From NCBI GenBank assembly GCA_019828565.1, contig JAHDYR010000021.1:62001-126000 (forward strand): DNA of 64,000 nucleotides. The letters are read 5' to 3'. Source of the stretch: Carpediemonas membranifera BICM (lineage: Eukaryota > Protista > Fornicata). The translations under genes and the position numbers were made by a program. The notes beneath the pieces were generated by a model. It worked only from the letters and a program-made list of their open reading frames with translations. It was not told the origin of the DNA and searched no databases. Shown here in pieces: positions 19,391-30,603 of this stretch; within the stretch, counting starts at the first letter, position 1, and every line of letters starts with the position of its first letter.

Positions 19391-22300
19391 ATGTCGCATG
19401 AGGACGAAAATGGTCGTCATGAGACGAATGCAAGTTCGTCTCTGGCCATCGCAGGGTCTTCTGACGGTGTCTTTGACCAATTCCAATGTTATCCTTGCAC
19501 CTCAAGCAACGTCAGCTTTGATTTCACGTTGACCGCGGACGTCACAACCGGATCAGCCGATCAAATGAGAACATACCACTGCGATATGCCCAGTATCAGC
19601 GCAGTTTCCACTCGTGAGCGCCATATCCAGGAGGTAGAGTTCTTAGTTCCTGTCAACACCTCCAAGGCGGCGGCCAAGCAATTCACGACCATCGAGGACC
19701 TGGAACTCGAGAGGATCTACAACCCCGAGCTCGTACGCGCCATTCCACCCCTCTCGTTCACCGAGACCCACCTGAAGGTCCTCATTGAGCAGCGCATACC
19801 GCCACCCATGCCCAAGCTCAAGGCAAAGCCCAAGCCTCGTCGCAAGTACGTTGGTATCGACGAAGACGAGGCAGAGGCTTCGTTTTCGGAGGAATCGGCC
19901 GAAGAATCCGCGGCTGGCGGCGACAGCGACGACGCATGGTTGCCCAAGTCAGAGGCCCGCGCCCTCAAGAAGAAGAAGCGCGCGCCCAAGGCCGAAGGTC
20001 CCGCTATGGTCGGCGTTTCCGCACTCACTGGCCGCAGCCGCCGCAGGCGTCGCGCCGAAGAGGAGGACGACGACGACTTCGTCCAGCCTCCCCGCAAGAA
20101 GGCAGACGACGGCTTCGTCCGCCGATCCACCCGCTCTCGCGCCACCGCGTCCAACGAGTACCCCGATTCCGAGCTCGAGGAGGAGGAAGAAGAGCCCCAG
20201 CCGCAAGAGCCAGTCGACGAGCCCGTTCCCGATCTCTTCAGCATCGAGCACATCTGGGAGCACGCGAACCTCAGCCCAGAGATGGCCGCGGCGATGGTGC
20301 CCTCCAGCCGTATCAGACCTGACCAGCTCTCGGCCTCGGGCAAGGCCAACCTCGAGGCCTACCTCCAAGCTGTGAACTCGGGCGAGACGCCAACTGCCAG
20401 ACCCGGCGCCCTCCCCCCAACGATGCCTGAGGACTACGACGGTGAGCTCATGGTCGCGGAGAACGGCCCTCCCTACATGGCGATGCGAGTGAAGTGGAAA
20501 GGCCTCTCCTACGTCCACTGCACCTGGGAGAACATCAGCGACCTCGTCTTGCTCCGTAGCTACAACCGTGTAATCAACTACTTCAAACAAGTGGATGCCC
20601 ATTACGATCGGGTCGCCCAGGCCGCTGAAGAGGACAAGGAGGAGATCCTCGTCGAGTATGAGATGCAGAAGCGCCAGTACGAGCTCCACTGCAAGGTCGA
20701 GCGCATCATCAACGTCCGCACTGTTGAGGTGGACACCCACAAGCGGCGGCACGAATACCTCGTCAAGTGGAAGGGTCTGGACTACAAGGCATGCACATGG
20801 GAGGAGAAGGACGTCGTCGACGCCAACGGCAAGACCGCGTTCGACACAATGGTCTACTACCAACGCCAGCTCCAGAACATTTACGCCAAGCCCATCCCGG
20901 CGTTCGGAGAGAGGCCGCCCTTCCGGCCCATGGAGACCCAGCCCGCCTACTTCCCCCAGGGCCTTCAGCTCAGAGACTACCAGCTCACCGGCCTTAACTT
21001 CCTCGCCGCGGCCTGGCACCAACGCCGCGGGGTCATCCTTGCCGATGAGATGGGGCTGGGCAAGACCATCCAGTGCAGCGCCATCCTTGGCTACCTCCAC
21101 ACCATGTGCCACTCGCCCGGGCCCTTCCTGGTCGTCGTCCCGCTCTCCACCATCGCGGCATGGCAGAAAGAGCTCAAGACATGGGCCCCGTTCTTTAACG
21201 TCATAACGTTCATCGGCGACGCCAAGAGTCGTGAGGTGTGTATCGAGAATGAGTTCAAGACCATGGTCTATGTCCACTCTAGGCGTGAGAAGGCGACTGT
21301 GCCCAAGTTCCAGGTGATGCTGACGACGTACGAGCAGAGCTCCAACAACGAGGAGATACTTCGGGCGTTCCAGTGGCGCGGACTCGTGGTAGACGAGGCC
21401 CACCGCCTCAAGAACAACGAGAGCGTGCTCTACCGCTCCCTCCAGCGTTTCAAGACGGACTGGCGCTGCCTCGTCACTGGCACGCCTCTCCAGAACTCCG
21501 TCAAGGAGCTCTGGGCATTGCTTCACTTCATCGCACCTCAGACGTTCCCGTCGGCCCAGGAGTTCGAGGAGAAGTACGGAGACCCGAACAACCAAGACCA
21601 GATAGGCGAGCTCCACAAGGTGCTGCAGCCCTACATGCTGAGACGGGAGAAGAAGGACGTCGAGAAGTCCCTGCCGCCCAAGACCGAGCGGATTCTCCGC
21701 GTTGGCCTCGCGCCCCTTCAGAAGGACTACTACAAGTGGATCATTACCCGGAACCTCGGCGAGCTGAGCAAGAACACGAAGGCGAAGCACAGCCTGATCA
21801 ACATTATGGTCCAGCTCAAGAAGGTCTGCAACCATCCCTTCCTCTTCGACGGGGCCCGCGAGAGAGTGTGGCAGGGCGGAGTGGCGCAGTCGGTCGACGA
21901 CCACATCAAGGGCATCACCAGCACGTGCGGCAAGATGCGGCTACTCGACCAGCTTCTCAACAAGCTCAAGGCTGACGGCCACCGCGTGTTGATCTTCAGC
22001 CAGATGGTCATGATGCTTGACGTCATCTCAGAATACCTCCGCGCCAAGAGGTTCAAGTTCCAGCGACTCGACGGGTCGACAAACGCCGAGGATAGGCGAA
22101 AGGCCATGCACGCGTTCAACTCGCCCGAGTCTGACGACTTCGTATTCATTCTTTCGACCAAGGCCGGCGGCCTCGGCATCAATCTCCAGACGGCTGACAC
22201 GGTCATCGTGTTCGACTCTGACTGGAACCCGCAGAACGACCTCCAAGCCCAGGCCAGGGCCCACAGGATCGGGCAGCAGAAGTCTGTCAACATCTATCGG

Positions 22301-24088
22301 TTTGTGACCAAGGACACCATCGAAGAGAACATCGTTGAGAGAGCCAAGAAGAAGATGATCCTCGACCACCTCATCATCCAGCGCCTGGACGCAAAGGGTG
22401 ATGGCACGGAGCAGAACAGCACCGCTAGCGCCCTCATCCAGCAGAAGAACGGACCCAACGACTTCACACGCGATGAGCTCGGCGCCATTCTCAAGTTTGG
22501 CGCAGAGAGGCTGTTCACAGACGAGCATAAGGACGAGGAGGAGGCGGAGGATCTCGACGACATCCTCGCGAGAGCAGAGGAGCGCGAGGCGCCAGAGGGC
22601 GAGAAGACGGGCGCCAGCGAGGCATTCCTCGCCGGTTTCAAGGTGACGGACATGAAGTTCGACGACGACGGCGAGAACGACGCCAGCTTCTGGAACCGCC
22701 TCATCCCCGAGGACCAGCGTGTCAAGGACGAGCAGGCCGCCTCTGGCCAGGAGGTGCTCGCGCCCAGACGGGCACGGATGAAGGGCATTTACGGCCTCGA
22801 GGAGGAGGAGGAGGACGAGGCGCCACCCGCCCCGACGGAACGGTTTATGTCCCACAAGGACATCAGGACCATGATCGCGAGGATCAAGAGGTGGCCCCAC
22901 GGCGACTTCACCGACCAGATCATCGCCGACCCGTCGCTGTCGGACTACTTCGCGGACGCCGAGCAGGCTAGAGAGACAATCGAGCAGATCCTCAATCTGG
23001 CGCAAGAAGCGGCTGACGCAAGCGAGGCAGACGCCAAGGGTAGACACAAGGCGACGGCGACGTTCCAGGGGGTGCCGTTCGACGCCATCGACATGATCAC
23101 GAAGGCCCAGGACCTGGCCCTGATCAGACGTCATGTACACGACGACAAGTTCGCCTGGCCCGTGAGGGTTGCCAAGCCGAGCTGGGCGGGATCGTTCAAG
23201 TGGACATCGCGCCATGACACGCTGCTTTTGTTGCGGGTGGTGGACGCCGGGTTTGTCAGCGACGAGAAGCAGCTAATCGTCGACCGTAAGCGCTGGCCGA
23301 CTGACTTCAGGCCCGGGTCGTACCACAAGAGAGTGCGAGCCCTACTGAACGCTCTTGCAAAGACGGAGCCGAAGAGCATGCGGGCGATCAAGCGGAAGGG
23401 AGCACCAGGGACCGCGGTCAAGGCTGAGAAGCGAGCCCACACCGCGGACGACGGCGACGGCGATGAACCTCAGTACGACAGCGAGATCATCATCCCCGAA
23501 CGGGCCCGGATCGACGAGGGCCTCATAGAGCTGGGTGCCGCGCTCCTCAAGCGGATCCGCGACACGGATGTCAAGCCCGTCCAACTGGCCCTCTCGACCC
23601 ACGGCCCCGAGTTGACTGCGTTGAAGTCTTGGAGCACCGACCAGCAGAAGGCGCTCGCCCGGCTTGCTGGGACGGTGGCGCAGATCGTTGCAGAGTCCAC
23701 CGCCGAACCTGACATCCGTGCGGCGATCAAGTTCTGCTGGCTAATGCTCGCGTCGAGATTCTACCGCAAGACGCTGCAGCAGGTGCTCGGCTGGCCCGAT
23801 ATCCTCAACTACGCCGGCGACATGACATCTGTCGTCACCCGCGAGTGCGTCGGCAAGCTCGGCAACGGAATCAGCCTCGCCGCCGACCCCACACATGATC
23901 CAAGCCATTTATATGATGACCACTATGTAATTAGTGACCAGCCGGAAACCCGTGATGCCTCAGCCGTCAGCAAGGCGCTGAAGCTGGACAGTTACAAGAG
24001 CAGGACGGGTCTACGACTCGTGGTTGAGGTTAATCGGAAGGCGATGGAGAAGGCGGTCGAGAACAGGGGGATGCCGCGGAGGAAGTGA
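19391..24088 (+). CDS. CHD1: Chromodomain helicase DNA-binding protein (CHD1-like SNF2 remodeller)
   Basis: Tandem chromodomains (VKWKGLSYVHCTWE, YLVKWKGLDYKACTWE), ILADEMGLGKT, DEAH, SDWNPQNDLQAQARAHRIGQ, ILKFGA; true start may lie downstream. Confidence 0.93.
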   Translation: MSHEDENGRHETNASSSLAIAGSSDGVFDQFQCYPCTSSNVSFDFTLTADVTTGSADQMRTYHCDMPSISAVSTRERHIQEVEFLVPVNTSKAAAKQFTTIEDLELERIYNPELVRAIPPLSFTETHLKVLIEQRIPPPMPKLKAKPKPRRKYVGIDEDEAEASFSEESAEESAAGGDSDDAWLPKSEARALKKKKRAPKAEGPAMVGVSALTGRSRRRRRAEEEDDDDFVQPPRKKADDGFVRRSTRSRATASNEYPDSELEEEEEEPQPQEPVDEPVPDLFSIEHIWEHANLSPEMAAAMVPSSRIRPDQLSASGKANLEAYLQAVNSGETPTARPGALPPTMPEDYDGELMVAENGPPYMAMRVKWKGLSYVHCTWENISDLVLLRSYNRVINYFKQVDAHYDRVAQAAEEDKEEILVEYEMQKRQYELHCKVERIINVRTVEVDTHKRRHEYLVKWKGLDYKACTWEEKDVVDANGKTAFDTMVYYQRQLQNIYAKPIPAFGERPPFRPMETQPAYFPQGLQLRDYQLTGLNFLAAAWHQRRGVILADEMGLGKTIQCSAILGYLHTMCHSPGPFLVVVPLSTIAAWQKELKTWAPFFNVITFIGDAKSREVCIENEFKTMVYVHSRREKATVPKFQVMLTTYEQSSNNEEILRAFQWRGLVVDEAHRLKNNESVLYRSLQRFKTDWRCLVTGTPLQNSVKELWALLHFIAPQTFPSAQEFEEKYGDPNNQDQIGELHKVLQPYMLRREKKDVEKSLPPKTERILRVGLAPLQKDYYKWIITRNLGELSKNTKAKHSLINIMVQLKKVCNHPFLFDGARERVWQGGVAQSVDDHIKGITSTCGKMRLLDQLLNKLKADGHRVLIFSQMVMMLDVISEYLRAKRFKFQRLDGSTNAEDRRKAMHAFNSPESDDFVFILSTKAGGLGINLQTADTVIVFDSDWNPQNDLQAQARAHRIGQQKSVNIYRFVTKDTIEENIVERAKKKMILDHLIIQRLDAKGDGTEQNSTASALIQQKNGPNDFTRDELGAILKFGAERLFTDEHKDEEEAEDLDDILARAEEREAPEGEKTGASEAFLAGFKVTDMKFDDDGENDASFWNRLIPEDQRVKDEQAASGQEVLAPRRARMKGIYGLEEEEEDEAPPAPTERFMSHKDIRTMIARIKRWPHGDFTDQIIADPSLSDYFADAEQARETIEQILNLAQEAADASEADAKGRHKATATFQGVPFDAIDMITKAQDLALIRRHVHDDKFAWPVRVAKPSWAGSFKWTSRHDTLLLLRVVDAGFVSDEKQLIVDRKRWPTDFRPGSYHKRVRALLNALAKTEPKSMRAIKRKGAPGTAVKAEKRAHTADDGDGDEPQYDSEIIIPERARIDEGLIELGAALLKRIRDTDVKPVQLALSTHGPELTALKSWSTDQQKALARLAGTVAQIVAESTAEPDIRAAIKFCWLMLASRFYRKTLQQVLGWPDILNYAGDMTSVVTRECVGKLGNGISLAADPTHDPSHLYDDHYVISDQPETRDASAVSKALKLDSYKSRTGLRLVVEVNRKAMEKAVENRGMPRRK

Positions 24089-24224
24089 GCGTGTACATAG
24101 AGAGAATGTAACAGCAGTAAACGTTTGGTGTGGTGCTGTTGCTGGCCTGTGCGAGACGAATCGCACCTCAGCCTACCTTGCTGCCGCAGAACGGTAAAGT
24201 ATTTTACACTAGCCGCGCGTCTAA

Positions 24225-26660
24225 TCAGATCCCCGCGAGCATAGTCGGCTCCAGGATTTCCCTCAGGTTCTCGATCGTCGAGTCGAGTCCAGTCTTGCCA
24301 GCAGCGTCGGGCGAGCTCAGCAGCGCCGCGAGTTTGTTCGCATCCGATGCCTTGACGGTTCCCGCCTGCGTTGCCTCGACAACTCTGATCGACAGCATCC
24401 TGAGCGCAGACGGCATCGTCTTGTGGAGCTCCGCCGGCACCGGCTCCGTGCTGAGCCTCATTGTAACTGACACGGCAGTCAGTGCGCTTAGGCAGACGTC
24501 GAGCGACGCCTCCTTGGCCTTTGTGAGGCTCTGCATCACCAGAGGCCACATAACTTCGGCCTTGATCTTGGTGACAAGCTCGCGGGCAGACACTGATGAC
24601 TTGATCGGGTCCAGGGCTGCTAGCTTCGTGAAGAGCGGGAAGTGACCGACAGCGAGGGCGGCGTAGATCGCGGCGTAGAGCACTCTCGCGCTGAGGGGGT
24701 GCCGCTCGCCGATCCGCTCGAGCAGGGCGATGGGTGTGTCGCTGGCAGCAATGCAGGAGAAGATCTCCGCCTGCATCGCGAGCTCAGCCTTCAACAGGTC
24801 GCCGGCCAGCTCGTTCCTGATTACAGCGCTCTGTTTCGAGTCATCGGCGAGGGAGTCGAACTCGCTGAACGAGGTCATGATGTGGTGACACCGCGCTGGC
24901 GTGTAGTGCGAGCCAGTGAGCAAACTCTGGCACACAGCAAGGATGGTGCGGACGGTCGAGGCCCGTATCTCGTGTAGCGTGGTCGGCATGATGCATTTCA
25001 CAGCCAGGGTGTTCCAAGCGGACGGGGGGGTGTCAGCCGGTAGTGCGAGGAGCAGAGCGCCACCGTCCTCCACTGAAGAGTCGATGCGGGTCCGGAGCAA
25101 CGTGTCGAGAGTGTCTCTGACAAACGGGCGCAGAGGCTTGGCTGCCTGGCCCACGAGCCGCAAGAAGTGGGCTTGGAGCCCGTCCAGCTGGGCGGTGTCG
25201 TTGTTGTTCAGTGCCGTTGCCACCCGTGCCGCTGCGGCCATGCAGTCGAACGTCGCCCTTGTCTGCTTAGTTACAGGCCGACCAAGCGTGCCCACGACCT
25301 CCTTGACTTCAATCGAGCAGTCAGCAAGCGTGTCGATGCTTTCAGCACCCTGCCCGCCGCGAATGATTGACTCGACAGAGCTGAGTCGCGCTGCTACAGC
25401 TCGGTCCGAGGCCTTGGCGTCGAGCATGTCTGAGACCTTCGAGACAGCCTCGTTGATGGCGCCCTCGACGTCGTTGACGTACAGGTTTTGGAGCTCGGCC
25501 TTGAGGTCGTCGTTGCTGTCGATAAATAGCTCTGAGAGGCTGTCAAACAGGGCCCGCTTGGGCGTGTGGGTCATGATGGTCCCGTCGGTGTATGCGGCGA
25601 CTACCTGGCCCGGCGAGCAGGCTGTGAAGCCCACTGATGAGAGCAGACCAGGCGGGGGGCGACTGGGCTTGTTCCAGAGGGCAGTGATTGCCTCAACTGT
25701 TCTGGGTGGATGCTCGGCGAAGACGTCGGCGATGTTCTGGCCCGGCCGGCCAATAACGGCGTCAGGCTCGTCTCTGAGCACGCTGTATATACCCACGGAC
25801 CCGTCAACCCCGCCCGCGACGACCATCTCGGGGTGAGAGGGGGACCAGCCGAGGCAGCGGGGCCGGATCGGGCTCAGCGTGTCGACTGTGTACACGCTGC
25901 GGGACGCACGCGTGTCCCATACTTGAATGGTGCCCGCGTCGTCTCCGCTGATGAGGAGGTTGGTGCAGAAGGGCGACCAGGCGAGCGCCGTGACGGGGGC
26001 CAAGCAGTCGGCCAGCTCGATGGGATGGGGTGAGCGGAGGTCGTAGGCCCTGATGGAGGAGCTCTGGCCTGCCGTGGCAAGTAGGGATGCCTGTCGTGGC
26101 GACCAGGCTGTGGCAAGGGTCGGGGACTTCGACGGCACCAGCTCACGGGCTGGGACCTGGCGGGTTGGGTCCCAGATAAAGACTGAGCGGCCACGTACAG
26201 CGGACATGGCGCCAGAGGGGGACCCCGAGAGGGCTGTGAGGGTCGAGAGGGTGCTCCACTGCGCGGCGACGGAGTCTTTGTCAGTGGCTGGGTTAGCTGA
26301 GTATGTCATGCCCTGGCGCGGCTTGGATGCACCGAGTGTGTACCTGGCGATGCGATCAGCGCCAAGGGCGAGGATGAGGTCGGGCGTACGGGGGTTGGGG
26401 TCAAAGAACATCTCGCTCACGGCCGACGGCAGGGGAAACTGCTTCTGCTGCTGAGTTATGCCCTCTTTAAAGAACCCGGCGTCAACAATCTCGTGTATAT
26501 GAAGCGTTCCACCAGCGCTACGGCATGTCGTCGCCACCAGCGGCTTTGTGGGGTGAATTGCAGCGGCGGGGAAATAGTAAGAATCCAGGGACATCTGGGG
26601 AACTGGTTCAGCGACCCTTGTCGCAAACTGATCGCTGTTGTTCCTTCTCGGGAGCGACAT
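24225..26660 (-). CDS. WD40-repeat protein with a helical C-terminal region
   Basis: WSP..LLATAG..IRAYDLR, WSPF..LLISGDDAGTIQVWDTR, WSPSHPEMVVAGGVDGSV. Confidence 0.8.
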   Translation of the reverse strand: MSLPRRNNSDQFATRVAEPVPQMSLDSYYFPAAAIHPTKPLVATTCRSAGGTLHIHEIVDAGFFKEGITQQQKQFPLPSAVSEMFFDPNPRTPDLILALGADRIARYTLGASKPRQGMTYSANPATDKDSVAAQWSTLSTLTALSGSPSGAMSAVRGRSVFIWDPTRQVPARELVPSKSPTLATAWSPRQASLLATAGQSSSIRAYDLRSPHPIELADCLAPVTALAWSPFCTNLLISGDDAGTIQVWDTRASRSVYTVDTLSPIRPRCLGWSPSHPEMVVAGGVDGSVGIYSVLRDEPDAVIGRPGQNIADVFAEHPPRTVEAITALWNKPSRPPPGLLSSVGFTACSPGQVVAAYTDGTIMTHTPKRALFDSLSELFIDSNDDLKAELQNLYVNDVEGAINEAVSKVSDMLDAKASDRAVAARLSSVESIIRGGQGAESIDTLADCSIEVKEVVGTLGRPVTKQTRATFDCMAAAARVATALNNNDTAQLDGLQAHFLRLVGQAAKPLRPFVRDTLDTLLRTRIDSSVEDGGALLLALPADTPPSAWNTLAVKCIMPTTLHEIRASTVRTILAVCQSLLTGSHYTPARCHHIMTSFSEFDSLADDSKQSAVIRNELAGDLLKAELAMQAEIFSCIAASDTPIALLERIGERHPLSARVLYAAIYAALAVGHFPLFTKLAALDPIKSSVSARELVTKIKAEVMWPLVMQSLTKAKEASLDVCLSALTAVSVTMRLSTEPVPAELHKTMPSALRMLSIRVVEATQAGTVKASDANKLAALLSSPDAAGKTGLDSTIENLREILEPTMLAGI

Positions 26661-26818
26661 CGACGATGGGGTCGGATTGTTCCTTAAAATGCTCGGGATG
26701 GGAAACTGGACCAGGCGCGGTTGGGAGCTCAGCTGACACTAAGCGAGCACTATACCGTCGCTAGGACCAGTTTGATCGTGGGGCAAAGCTGCGCGTGGTT
26801 CCGGTCGATTCGCAGGGA

Positions 26819-27852
26819 ATGCCGAGTGGAGTGAAGAGAGCCGCCCGCACGGGAGCACAGCACGGTCAATTGCTGAGTATGTTTACCATTTGACCTTCAA
26901 AACTCATACAGCCAAGCTTCATGGCCAGCATTTGCTCACGGACCAGAAGATCATCAACAAGATCGTTGACGCAGCCAAGGTTCGCCCTCATCGTATGTTT
27001 CCATGCTGAACTGCTCACATAGACACAGTTCTGGAGATTGGTCCTGGTAAGGGCGCTCTTACCAAGGAGCTTGTGAAGCGAGCCAAAAAGGTCATCGCCA
27101 TCGAATACGATCCCCGCCAAGTAGTCGACCTCCAGAAGCAGATCCCCCGCGAGCACATGTCCAAGCTCAAGATCGTCCACGGCGACTTCCTCAAGGTCGA
27201 CATTACCGCCCCCGACATGAAGTTCGATATGGTAGTCTCCAACTGCCCGTATAACATCTCCTCAGGCATCGTATTCAAGCTCCTGTGCCACGCCAACCTC
27301 TTCACGCATGCCGTACTCATGTTCCAGAAGGAGTTCGCCGATCGTCTCGTCGCCCAGCCCGGCACGGAGGACTGGTGTCGTCTGGCCGTCAATACGCAGC
27401 TTCTAGCTGATACTAGGCACCTGATGAAGGTCAGCAGGAAGTGCTTTAGCCCCCCGCCCAAGGTTGAGTCGAGCGTGATCATGCTGACGCCCAAGAACGC
27501 CGTTCCGCCGGGCATCAGCCTTGTCGAGTGGGAGGCATTCGTAACGGACGTTTTCCCCAACAAGGGCAAGACTTTGAGCCGCATATTCAAGACGAAGAGC
27601 CTGCTGAAGAACATGGTGAAGAACTACGCGCTCCAATGCTCGCTCGAAAACACACCGATTGAGGCGGACAAGATCCCCGCCAAAGTCGACAGCATCATCG
27701 CCGCGGTCATGGAGCAGCGGGTTATGGCTGGGGACGTCGAGGAGGGGCTTGAGGGTGACGTGGTTGGGGAGATCAGGCCCCGCATGCTTCGTTTAGAGCA
27801 GATCCTGTGGTTGCTCAAGGAATTTAACAAGCGCGGCATACACTTTAAGTAA
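26819..27852 (+). CDS. DIM1: 18S rRNA dimethyladenosine transferase; introns 26877-26911 and 26993-27022
   Basis: After splicing: GQHLL, VLEIGPGKG, SNCPYNISS, AVLMFQKEFADRLVAQPG, FSPPPKVESSV. Confidence 0.93.
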
Positions 27853-27975
27853 CAGATGTAAATACTACGCGGATACGATACGGAGATATGCTGAGATTGA
27901 CCCAGATTTGAGTCAATCCCTCTCGATTTCGCGGTCAACGGTTTTCGTTATTCACCGGTGAAGACGACAAACACC

Positions 27976-29224
27976 ATGCCTATCGCTGCTAGAGAAGCAC
28001 TTGAGAACCAGATCGCTACTGATATTGCCCAGATTAAGGAGGCTGGCACCTATAAGGCCGAAAGGATCCTTACTGGCCCCCAGGGCGGTGCTATCAACGT
28101 TTCCACCTCCGACAAGCCTGTTGTGTGCTTCTGCGCTAAGTTTGTTCAATAATCGTCTTTCATATCGCTTACCCAGCAACTACCTTGGCCTTGCCAACTC
28201 CCCCGAGCTCGCTGAGGCCGCCAAGGCTGCCATTGATAAGTACGGCTACGGCCTCTCCTCTGTACGCTTCATCTGCGGCTGCCAGACCATCCACAAGGAG
28301 CTTGAGCAGAAGATTGCCGACTTCTACGGCACCAAGGACACGATCCTCTACTCCTCCTGCTTCGACGCCAACGGCGGCCTCTTTGAGCCCCTTCTCACCG
28401 CCGAGGACGCCATCATCTCTGATGCCCTCAACCACGCCTCCATCATCGACGGTGTGCGTCTCTGCAAGGCCAAGCGCTTCCGGTACGACCACATGGACAT
28501 GAAATCGCTCGAAGAGCAGCTTAAGGACGCCCAGAGCCAGCGCCACCGCATGATCGTCACAGACGGTGTCTTCTCCATGGACGGTGACGTCGCCCCTCTC
28601 GCTGAGATCTGCGACCTCGCCGACAAGTACAACGCTCTTGTCGTCGTCGACGAGTCCCACGCCCTTGGCGTCATTGGCAAGACCGGTCGCGGGACAGTGG
28701 AGTACTGCAACGTCATGGACCGCGTCGACATCATCACCGGCACCTTCGGCAAGGCCATGGGCGGTGCAATGGGCGGCTTCACCACTGCCAACAGCGCCCG
28801 GTTCATCGAGATGCTCCGCCAGAAGTCCCGGCCTTATCTGTTCTCGAACTCCCTCGCCCCCGCCGTGTGCGGCGCGACAGTCAAGGCGTTCGACCTCCTC
28901 ATGAACGACAACACCCGCCTCGCCAAGCTCCAGGCCAACACCGCCCGCTTCCGCAAGGCCATCAAGGCCGCCGGCTTCACTGTCCGCGGTGATGACACCT
29001 GCCCCATCGCTCCCGTCATGATCAACGACGCTGCTATGGCCGGTAAGATGGCTGACGCCCTCCTCGCTCAGGGCATCTATGTCACTGCCTTTTCGTTCCC
29101 CGTTGTACCCCGCGGCCAGGCTCGTATCAGGACGCAGCTTAGCGCCGCACACACTGATGAGCAGATCGACATGACCGTTGCCGCCTTTACTCAGGTCGGG
29201 GAGGAGCTCGGCCTCATCCAATAA
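27976..29224 (+). CDS. kbl: 2-amino-3-ketobutyrate CoA ligase (glycine C-acetyltransferase); intron 28140-28176
   Basis: FCA|[43 protein letters not shown]-lysine motif [28 protein letters not shown]. Confidence 0.93.
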
Positions 29225-29539
29225 ATGGTATGGTTGCTGTGATGTTGCTGAAAGGGTGACTCGCCGGATGGTTTTACAGTCGCGAAGTAATATTGTGCCA
29301 GTGCTGTGCCACCATCGTCTCTCTATCATCCATTACGCTATTCCACCGTCAAGCCCGCCACCAAGAGGTCGAGCACCGCACTGATCATACCCACCGCCGG
29401 AGCACTGGGCTCGGAACGATAGGCGGTGGGCATAGAGACGGCACAACTGTACGACTGCAGCAACATCAGTCATCGCTGGCCGTTTGCCGCCATTCTACCA
29501 ATGTGCAGATTATGTCCTTGCGAAATTGGTGGCGTTGTC

Positions 29540-30493
29540 ATGCTCGACATTCTGCTCACTGTGGCGGCAATCGTGGGCTACAATGCGATTGCTGCGCTCG
29601 TAGAACGTCGCAAAATGCGAAAAAACAACTCCGTTATTGTCACATACTCGAAAGGACACCTTATTTCCAGAATTATTCTGTCCCAGGTCTTCTTCTACAT
29701 CGAATACTACGGAATCATACTCACAATCGATTACTGGACAAACCAGCCCTTCCACACAGACCAGATCTTCTTCATCAACAGCTTTCGCATCGAAGGCTTC
29801 TCCATCCGCTTCATCCTGACCTGCTTAGCCCTTATTTTCACCCATGTATGCCACATATTCACCGTCGTCATCATCGCTGGCAGCTCCAAGATCACCACCG
29901 ATCTCGTCATCACCAATCTCCTGGTACACTTGTTCATTTGCTCCGTGTACTCTTCCCGTGTCCAATATCTCGGCATCCTGCCCTATTTCTCAGCGTTATT
30001 CTGGCTACTGAACCTCGCATGCCCTATTATTGTCTCAGTCGTTGCTGATTACATTGCTGTCTCGCTCGAAGGCCTCGCCTACCGCTCCTCGCATGCCCAG
30101 CACGAGAACATGCGTGATTTGATAAGACAGCAACAGGCGAAGAAGCGTGAAGAGAAGGCAGCCAAGAAGCTCTTCAAAAAGAAGCGCATATCCGAGCAGA
30201 AGCTTCACCAGTCGCCCACCCCTGCCCGCAGCCCCATCGAGGTGCCCCCGTCAAACTCTCCGCCAGACTCGGGCGAGTTCGACTCAGACTCCGCCCTGCC
30301 CGCCCCGCTCGACCTCACTGTGGTCCATGGCGAGGCAGTCGACCATGGGGAACAGGAGGAGGAGACCGCAAGGACGGAGGCAGGTGCTGTGGTGTCAGAG
30401 ACGGACGAACGTATGGTGACAGCAAACGATGAGCTCACAGAAGACTTGATCACGCCCAGGTTTATCGACGTCGATGTCGCGGGGGTTGAGTGA
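29540..30493 (+). CDS. SYS1: SYS1-like Golgi integral membrane protein with an extra N-terminal TM and an acidic tail
   Basis: ISRIILSQVFFY..DQIF..SKITTDLVIT..VHLFICSVYS..FWLLN..SVVADYIAVSLE follows the Sys1 pattern. Confidence 0.7.
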   Translation: MLDILLTVAAIVGYNAIAALVERRKMRKNNSVIVTYSKGHLISRIILSQVFFYIEYYGIILTIDYWTNQPFHTDQIFFINSFRIEGFSIRFILTCLALIFTHVCHIFTVVIIAGSSKITTDLVITNLLVHLFICSVYSSRVQYLGILPYFSALFWLLNLACPIIVSVVADYIAVSLEGLAYRSSHAQHENMRDLIRQQQAKKREEKAAKKLFKKKRISEQKLHQSPTPARSPIEVPPSNSPPDSGEFDSDSALPAPLDLTVVHGEAVDHGEQEEETARTEAGAVVSETDERMVTANDELTEDLITPRFIDVDVAGVE

Positions 30494-30603
30494 GGCCTGT
30501 CGCGTCAGTTTTGCTTGATAGTTTCAGTGATGGCTTGGTACCGGTGCTACGATAAACACCCAGCTCATGTAATAATTTAATCCCTTATGATACACTGGAA
30601 AGT

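Noticed and set aside
19949-21904. 651-aa antisense ORF inside CHD1, and similar long shadows over kinesin, KBL, 11.6-13.5 kb and 30.7-33.2 kb
   Set aside because: Expected shadow frames from strong GC3 bias; no motifs, and the sense genes are clearly conserved
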